From positions 1 to 64,000 of the forward strand of contig JBEKYR010000008.1 of assembly GCA_049510745.1 (NCBI GenBank): DNA of 64,000 nt. Direction: 5' to 3'. Numbering within the stretch: the stretch's first letter is position 1; the number at the start of each line of letters is the position of its first letter. A program made the translations under genes and the position numbers. Below, one piece after another: positions 57,823 through 64,000 of the stretch. The stretch is from Verrucomicrobiota bacterium. GTDB taxonomy: Bacteria > Verrucomicrobiota > Verrucomicrobiia > Limisphaerales > Palsa-1400. The notes below the pieces were generated by a model. It did no database searches. It was given only the letters and a program-made list of their open reading frames with translations, and was not told the origin of the DNA.

Positions 57823-58734
57823 ATGAACACTTTTCCGCCCGCCGCTTCTAACTTTGTAATGCAAAGTGAATCCGCCACCCTCGCCCCGCCCCGCTCCGCC
57901 GTCACCATCCGCCGCGCCGCCCACCTCGGCCTCTGCTTTGGCGTGCGCGATGCCATCGCCCTGGCGCTGGAGGAATCCCGCCGCCAGCCCCTGACCGTCC
58001 TCGGCCAACTGGCCCACAACGAATCGATCGTGAGCGATCTGCGCTCCCGCGGCATCGGCCTGGAAGACCACGCCGCCGCCGTCAAAACGCCTGCCGTCAT
58101 GATCACCGCCCACGGCGCTTCGGAAAAAACCCTGCAACAGGCCCGCGCCCGCGGCTTGCGCGTGTTGGAGGCGACCTGCCCGCTCGTCCACTACGCCCAT
58201 CGCGCCGTGCAACAGCTCGCCCGCGAACAGTTTTATCCCGTCATCATTGGCCAGCGCGGCCACGTCGAAGTCCGCGGCCTGACGGAGGATTTGGACGCCT
58301 TCGACATCGTGTTGACCGACGAGGACGTGGAGCAATTGGCCGAGCGCCCCCGCTTCGGCATCGCCGCGCAGACCACGCAGCCGATCCAGAACGTGCGCCG
58401 CCTGGTGGAACTGATCCGGCGCCGCTTTCCGCGCGCCGAAGTGCGATTCGTCGATACCGTCTGCCAGCCGACAAAACTGCGCCAGACGGCGGCGGTGGAA
58501 CTGGCGGAGCAATCCGACGTGGTGGTGGTGGTGGGCGGTTTGCACAGCAACAACACCCGTCAGCTTGCCGCCACTTGCGCGCGCCATTGCCCGCGCGTCC
58601 ATCACGTTCGGGACGCCGGCGATCTGCGCCCCGAATGGTTCGCCGACGCCCGCGCCGTCGGCCTCACCGCCGGAACCTCGACCCCCGACGAGATCATCGA
58701 CGCCGTGGAGGACTGGCTGCAAACCAACCTGTGA
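57823..58734 (+). CDS. ispH: 4-hydroxy-3-methylbut-2-enyl diphosphate reductase (start may be ATG 57859)
   Basis: GLCFGV, AHN, TAHG, ATCPLV, GHVEV, QTT, TVCQPT, SNNT, GTSTP. Confidence 0.93.
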   Translation: MNTFPPAASNFVMQSESATLAPPRSAVTIRRAAHLGLCFGVRDAIALALEESRRQPLTVLGQLAHNESIVSDLRSRGIGLEDHAAAVKTPAVMITAHGASEKTLQQARARGLRVLEATCPLVHYAHRAVQQLAREQFYPVIIGQRGHVEVRGLTEDLDAFDIVLTDEDVEQLAERPRFGIAAQTTQPIQNVRRLVELIRRRFPRAEVRFVDTVCQPTKLRQTAAVELAEQSDVVVVVGGLHSNNTRQLAATCARHCPRVHHVRDAGDLRPEWFADARAVGLTAGTSTPDEIIDAVEDWLQTNL

Positions 58735-58830
58735 ATTAAAGTTTTCGTTGACTCCTTTTTCCCGGGCAACCCGCGGACCCCCAACCGTAATCGCCCACTT
58801 CTTCCTTCTTCCTTCATCCTTCTCACTTCA

Positions 58831-58859
58831 TTGACAGGGGGCGCGGCAGGGGGCATTCT
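58831..58859 (+). promoter_or_regulatory. Promoter of the mini-RAYT, reading into the GH2 gene
   Basis: TTGACA-17 nt-CATTCT, 6 nt before ATG 58866; same leaderless layout as the RAYT at 1022. Confidence 0.6.
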
Positions 58860-58865
58860 CCGAGC

Positions 58866-59016
58866 ATGGCGCGAAAGCTTCGCCTGCAATATCCGGGCGC
58901 GATTTATCACCTGATGCGCCGCGGCGACCACCGTGTGGAGATGGGATCCTGGAAATCCGTCAATCGAAGACTCTATGAACACCGACAGCAGAATCGACAT
59001 GCTAATGGGTGACCCC
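58866..59016 (+). mobile_element. Internally deleted mini-RAYT ending in TGACCCC
   Basis: 48-aa ORF MARKLRLQYPGAIYHLMRRGDHR fused to VEMGSWKSVNRRLYEHRQQNRHANG*; the stop is the TGA of TGACCCC (59010-59016). Confidence 0.8.
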
Positions 59017-61941
59017 TTTATCGTTGCCCTTGCCTCGATTTCGCTGTGGCTGGCTGCCACCGGCGCGATCACCGCCGGCGCCGCGGAGCCCCCGTGGGAG
59101 GCACGCACCTACGACGTGCTGCCCGTCAGCGCGCGCGCCGAAACCGGCGATGAGGCGTCCAGCCGGCAGATGACGCTCGGCGGCCAGTGGGATCTGGCTG
59201 AGACCCAGGCGGAATCCGGGTCCGCCCTAGGAGACTTGGACAAGCTGAGTTGGACCCGCGTCGAAATGCCGGACGCCATCCAGCACGCCCTGTTTCTGGC
59301 CGGAAAGACGGACAACCCTTGGTATGGCGATAACTACAAAAAGCTCCAGTGGATCGCCGAGCGAAACTGGTACCTGCGCCGTCGCTTCCGCATCCCCGAT
59401 GCCTGGCAAGGCCGTCACATCCGGCTGCGTTTCGACGGGCTGAACTATGCCGGTGCCGTCTGGCTGGACGGCCGATTCCTCGGCGTTCACGAGGGCATGT
59501 TCGGCGGACCGACCCTGGATGTCACAGCCCTGTTGGGGCCGGGCCGAGAGCATGAGCTCGTTGTCCGCCTGATTGCCGAAAAGGACCCGAGCCGGTCCAT
59601 GAAGTCCAAGGCGATGGAAGGCGTGCCGTTTTTGTGGGGCAACAAGTTCCGCACAATCGGTCTCTATCAGCCCATTAGGCTGGTCAGTTCCGGAGCGGCC
59701 TATATGGAAGCGCCCTGCGTGCGCACCGACGCGATCGGAGAGAGGACGGCCCGCTTGTGGGCCCAGGCCACGATCATCCATAGCGGCGCCGCCCGGTTGG
59801 AGGGCACGATCCGGGCCCAAATCGTGGACCTCACGACCGGTCGAATCATTTGGAAGGAGGATGCCAGGCAATCCGTGCCTGCGGGCACGTCCTACTGGGA
59901 GCGGTCCATCGAAATCGGCGACCCGAAGCTCTGGTGGCCCGTCGGCCTGGGCGCTCAACCGCTCTACCGCTTGGAACTGGCGCTGGCCGTCGGAAACCAG
60001 GAATTGGACCGCATCGCTTCGCGATTCGGGATCCGGACCGTGGAGCTCCTGCGCAACCCCTATCTGGCGGACAAGCCGCGGGCCAATCCCGGCAAGCCGG
60101 ACTTCATGTCGGCCACGCCGAAGATTGGCGATCCGGCCAGCGCAAAGCTCTGGAACCGGCCGGACCTCTGGTGCGGCGATCACCCTGTGGAAGACGACGC
60201 CTTGCACAACGCCGATGAGTCGTACCGCTTCCTCTTCGCGGTGAACGGCCGGCCGTTTTTCATCAAAGGGGCGAGCTGGATGACCTCGGATGATCTGTTG
60301 GTGCTCTCGCCCCAGCGCGAGGACTGGCTGGTGCGCGCCGCGCGCTTCGCGGGGTTGAACCTCTTCCGCCTCAACGGGGGCAACAACATCTTCGAGACCG
60401 AGCGGTTCTACGATCTCTGCGATGAGAACGGCATCCTGGTGTGGCAGGAATTGCAGTTCAGCTTTGATCGGGGAAGCAAGGTCCCGCTGCGAACCTGGCG
60501 CGAACAGTTGAAGCAGTCCGTGCTGCGCCTCCGACAGCATCCGTCGCTGGCGCTCTATGTGGGCGGCAACGAGTACGCCCCCTACGTCGAGGCCTTGGCG
60601 CCCTACCTGGGAATCGCTCGCGAGATCATTGCCGCTTACGACAACCGGCCCTTCCGCATGTCCTCGCCGGGCGGCGGCGACTATCACGCCTACTACACGC
60701 CGGAGGGCGATTTCGGTGACTTGTGGATCGGCGATCCCAACTGGTATGCCCGCTACTTCGACGAGTCGGTCAACTTTGTCTCGGAATGGTCCCTCATGGG
60801 CTACGGCAATATGTCCATGATGAAACGCGTGTTCCCGCGCGAGGAGCTGGCAGGCGGGCCCGTCGGCAACGATTGTGCGAAGTTCGCACAGGCCCACCCT
60901 ATCCTGCACAGCAGCTTTCCGGAAGTGGAGCGGGCGCTGCCGCTGCTGTATTGCAAGGCCTCCATCTATGGGAACCTGGCCCGGGCGGACATGCCGGACT
61001 TCGTCGAATACAGCCAGATGGCTCTGGCCGACGTGTATGAATGCGTCTTCGAACAATGGCGCGCACAGTTCCCCTACAAGGGCGGGCAAATTGTCTGGAC
61101 CTACAACAGTCACGGCCCCATTTCTTCGTGGAATATCATTGACTGGTTCGGCCAGCCGCTGATTGCGTTCTATTCCACCAAGCGCGCGGATGAACCGGTC
61201 CACGTCATGGCGGACGCCGGCTTCTTTACCTGGGGTCCCGGTGATACGTTCAAGCCCTCGGTCTTCGCCCTGAACGACGCCCCGGAGCCGCTCAAAGGGG
61301 CGCGGGTCACGGCCCGCATCCTCGACCGCCGCATGCAGCCCGTCCTCACGGAATCATGGAGGCTGACCGTGCCTGCGGGCGGTCGCCACAGCGAGGCGCG
61401 CCAACTGCAATGGCCCATTCCCGCGGATACTCCGGATGGCTGCTTCTTCTTGGAGCTGACCTTGAAGGACGCGGCAGGACACCAACTTTCACGCCGAGCC
61501 TACTGGCTGAGGGTCGTCCAGTCGCTGGCCAACGCCCAAGCGCGGATGCGCTGGCAGGCCGGGGCCGTGAAGGAACCGCTGGCCACGCAGGGGCCTTGGC
61601 TGAAGCCCCAGTTGGAAGGCGTCCCCACAACCCTCTCGGCGGAAGTGACGTCTCTCGAAGCGTTCGCAACGGAGGCCCGTTTGACCTTGGTCGTGAAGAA
61701 CGCGGGGACGGCACCGGCTTATCCGGTGCGGATTGCGCTGCTTCCTGACTCCTGTTCCGCCGTGTGGAGCGACAACTACTTCTGGCTCGCGCCGGACGAG
61801 ACCAGGACGGTTACAGGCATTGTGCGGCTGGACATGCGCGGCTTGGATCCCCTCAGCCCTGCACTGGTCGCCAAGGTTTCGGACCTAAAAGTCGAGGTGT
61901 CCGCGTGGAACTCGAAACGCTTCGTCCTGACGCCGAAATGA
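58975..61941 (+). CDS. Glycoside hydrolase family 2 protein (beta-mannosidase-like)
   Basis: RLRFDGLNY, LWWPVGLGAQPLY, VNGRPFFIKG, CDENGILVWQE, HPSLALYVGGNE (acid/base), FVSEW (nucleophile); start uncertain. Confidence 0.9.
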   Translation: MNTDSRIDMLMGDPFIVALASISLWLAATGAITAGAAEPPWEARTYDVLPVSARAETGDEASSRQMTLGGQWDLAETQAESGSALGDLDKLSWTRVEMPDAIQHALFLAGKTDNPWYGDNYKKLQWIAERNWYLRRRFRIPDAWQGRHIRLRFDGLNYAGAVWLDGRFLGVHEGMFGGPTLDVTALLGPGREHELVVRLIAEKDPSRSMKSKAMEGVPFLWGNKFRTIGLYQPIRLVSSGAAYMEAPCVRTDAIGERTARLWAQATIIHSGAARLEGTIRAQIVDLTTGRIIWKEDARQSVPAGTSYWERSIEIGDPKLWWPVGLGAQPLYRLELALAVGNQELDRIASRFGIRTVELLRNPYLADKPRANPGKPDFMSATPKIGDPASAKLWNRPDLWCGDHPVEDDALHNADESYRFLFAVNGRPFFIKGASWMTSDDLLVLSPQREDWLVRAARFAGLNLFRLNGGNNIFETERFYDLCDENGILVWQELQFSFDRGSKVPLRTWREQLKQSVLRLRQHPSLALYVGGNEYAPYVEALAPYLGIAREIIAAYDNRPFRMSSPGGGDYHAYYTPEGDFGDLWIGDPNWYARYFDESVNFVSEWSLMGYGNMSMMKRVFPREELAGGPVGNDCAKFAQAHPILHSSFPEVERALPLLYCKASIYGNLARADMPDFVEYSQMALADVYECVFEQWRAQFPYKGGQIVWTYNSHGPISSWNIIDWFGQPLIAFYSTKRADEPVHVMADAGFFTWGPGDTFKPSVFALNDAPEPLKGARVTARILDRRMQPVLTESWRLTVPAGGRHSEARQLQWPIPADTPDGCFFLELTLKDAAGHQLSRRAYWLRVVQSLANAQARMRWQAGAVKEPLATQGPWLKPQLEGVPTTLSAEVTSLEAFATEARLTLVVKNAGTAPAYPVRIALLPDSCSAVWSDNYFWLAPDETRTVTGIVRLDMRGLDPLSPALVAKVSDLKVEVSAWNSKRFVLTPK

Positions 61942-61947
61942 ACACGA

Positions 61948-62142
61948 GCCCGAAAGCTTTGCCTGCGATATCCGGGCGCGGTTTATCACCCGATGAGCCG
62001 CGGCGACCACCGGGAGCCGGTCTTCCTGGAGGAGTCCGACCGGCCAATGTTTCTCTCCACCCTGGGCGAGGCCTGCGCCAAGACCGACTGGCAGGTCCAC
62101 GCCTGCTGCCTGATGAACAACCACTTTCATCTGGTCGTCGAA
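61948..62142 (+). pseudogene. RAYT N-terminal fragment without start codon, truncated after the HUH motif
   Basis: ARKLCLRYPGAVYHPMSRGDHREPVF...WQVHACCLMNNHFHLVVE. Confidence 0.88.
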
Positions 62143-62517
62143 AAGTGGTGGAAAGTGGCGTCACATCCAAACATTCTGCATTTCAAGTTCTTTTTGACGC
62201 CGCTTGAGCGCCGCGGATAACGCCGGGCTTTTTCGCACTCGCGCCGTCTCCCCGAAATCGCTAAACACTTGCCCCAACTGCGCACCCTTGGCCATTGGTC
62301 CATCCCCTTTCCTTCCCCACTCACTGACTCACTAATTCTTCCACTCACTGATTCGCTTGCAGCTCCGCACCCCTGGCCCTCGGTCCATCCACCTCCTTCG
62401 TTCCCCATCTGTGAAAATCTGTGTCCATCTGTGGCCCGCACCCTTGGCCAATTTTTCTCTTTTTTTTCACCTGAAAATACCAAAAGCGGCCAAAAGCATT
62501 GTTTGACCTCTTTGAAC

Positions 62518-64000
62518 TCATTCTTTTGTCCCATGAAGCGCGGCTTCCACTTTTTCCTCAATGGGCAGGGCGGCGGGATGTCCGGCCACGACGATCTTGC
62601 CTTGAGCGTCAATAAGGTAGGTCGTCGGCACGCCCGATACGCGGAAAGCCTTCGCGGGCGCGCTGCCCCAGCCGCCGTCGCCGGCCCAGACGTTGAAGGT
62701 GTTGGTCCAGCCCCGCTTGTTCACGTGGTGGCGCACGATGTCCAGCGTGTCGTCAATGCTCAATGGAACAACCGCGACCTTGTCCCCCCAGTCCGAATGA
62801 GCCTGCCGCAGTTTTTGCAGATCCGCCATCGGACCTTGGCAAGGACCGCACCAGGTGGCCCAAAAGTCCAGCACGACCACTTTGCCGCGCAGATCGGAGA
62901 GCTTCATTTTCTTTTCGCCGTCCAGCGTGGTGAATTCGATTTCCGGCACGGCGGCTCCGGGAGGCAAGGTATCATGTTCGGCGATATAATTCTCAACCTC
63001 CATCGCCGCGGCAGCCTTCTCGTCAAGGACACCGGCGGGAACTTGATTCCAACTCACATTTCCCACTGCCTTCCAGTCGTCTGTGAACCTCATCACCTGT
63101 TTGACGGCCAGAATGTAATCGCCCGACAATGAAGTTCCCGTCCTGGACTTTGCGCCCGTTTTCACCGCCAGCTTCAATTTAAACTGTTCACCTATCAGTC
63201 CTTCCACCGAGCCGGAAGCGCCTGTCAACTGAAGCCGGCCAATTGAGGCTTCCTGGATCTGGATTTGCGCGTCCTTAAAATCAATTCCCGCCGCCTCGCT
63301 TTGATTGAGCATGGCCCGGGCTATTTCGGTTTGTTCCTGCGTCCGTCGGTTGATCTCCTCGTCCAATTCCTTCCGGGAAGGTCCTTTCTCGCCGCGCTTC
63401 TGCATCATGGCCCAATACAGGTCGCTGTTCGCCAGAGCTTCCTTGGCGTAAATGTTCGTGTCCCGCTCTCGAATAAATCGAACCAGCGTCTGGCCCAGCC
63501 GCAACAGCGCCGGGTCATCCTTATCGGTCAGGCGGCTAAGACCTGGACTGGCGGCCTTTTCCAGGATCGCCATTTCGCGCGCTGTTTTTTCGTCGCCCAC
63601 GTTGGACGGAAACGATACCCACTGAATGCCGCCCGCGCAACGCCAGCCCTTCGGAAATTTATTCAGCCGGCGGAGCACGATCTTGTATTCACCGCCGGCC
63701 TGATTGTTCGTGCCCGCGTCGGGATTCAAAATGATTTCCACCTTTTGCGCATGGGGCAGGCTTTCGCCCTCGGCTTGGAGATTGGGATAATGGGCGGTTC
63801 CAAGAAATCTCGGATTGACCACACGCTCATGCAAATCGCCCTTCGAAAAATCCAGATGCAGCGAATCCGCCCGGGCCAGGAACGCCTTGGCCGCCGCCTC
63901 CGTCTCCGCGCGTTGACTGTCTGCCCCGTTGGCAAAACCCTTCAGATTCTCGGCGATCTCGGGCAAATTGGTGGAGGCAATCGCCTCCCAATCCTCCGCA
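62518..64000 (-). CDS. Protein with C-terminal TlpA/redoxin domain; 5' end outside the window
   Basis: LSDLRGKVVVLDFWATWCGPC, GVPTTYLID; frame is open to the window edge. Confidence 0.88.
   Translation of the reverse strand, partial: AEDWEAIASTNLPEIAENLKGFANGADSQRAETEAAAKAFLARADSLHLDFSKGDLHERVVNPRFLGTAHYPNLQAEGESLPHAQKVEIILNPDAGTNNQAGGEYKIVLRRLNKFPKGWRCAGGIQWVSFPSNVGDEKTAREMAILEKAASPGLSRLTDKDDPALLRLGQTLVRFIRERDTNIYAKEALANSDLYWAMMQKRGEKGPSRKELDEEINRRTQEQTEIARAMLNQSEAAGIDFKDAQIQIQEASIGRLQLTGASGSVEGLIGEQFKLKLAVKTGAKSRTGTSLSGDYILAVKQVMRFTDDWKAVGNVSWNQVPAGVLDEKAAAAMEVENYIAEHDTLPPGAAVPEIEFTTLDGEKKMKLSDLRGKVVVLDFWATWCGPCQGPMADLQKLRQAHSDWGDKVAVVPLSIDDTLDIVRHHVNKRGWTNTFNVWAGDGGWGSAPAKAFRVSGVPTTYLIDAQGKIVVAGHPAALPIEEKVEAALHGTKE

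Noticed and set aside
58740..58770. TTGACTCCTTTTT after ispH as another RAYT end
   Set aside because: Only a 7-mer near-match with no inner similarity to the other ends; too weak.

Overview
High-GC bacterial chromosomal window. The gene content (DUF1559-like pilin, Verrucomicrobia-style secreted proteins, no rpmD) suggests Verrucomicrobiota, which is an inference. The core is proS followed by a ribosomal protein superoperon that unusually starts at rplB and runs rplB..secY-map-infA-rpmJ-rpsM-rpsK-rpsD-rpoA-rplQ, followed by acs. Accessory DNA lies on both sides. The most notable signal is a family of RAYT-type HUH transposase ends sharing a GG(G/C)GTCA / TGAC(C/G)CC terminal motif. At 1-2.8 kb an intact RAYT (missing from the ORF track because it runs off the window) is followed by an array of four left-end copies, a pilin-like gene, a right-end fragment and an RHS fragment. 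At 58.8-62.2 kb an internally deleted mini-RAYT supplies a promoter and all candidate start codons to a 3-kb GH2 gene, which is closed off by another RAYT fragment. Together these suggest RAYT ends capture and express cargo; this is a hypothesis. Other items: an integrase-less tRNA-Pro islet with a long structured leader, a toxin-antitoxin pair with an internally deleted PIN toxin, an hsdS'-rhuM-hsdR' slice, a fabF-like gene coupled to two histidine kinases, and a duplicated palindromic operator at a wHTH-ispH operon. All calls come from reading motifs by eye; no database searches were run.
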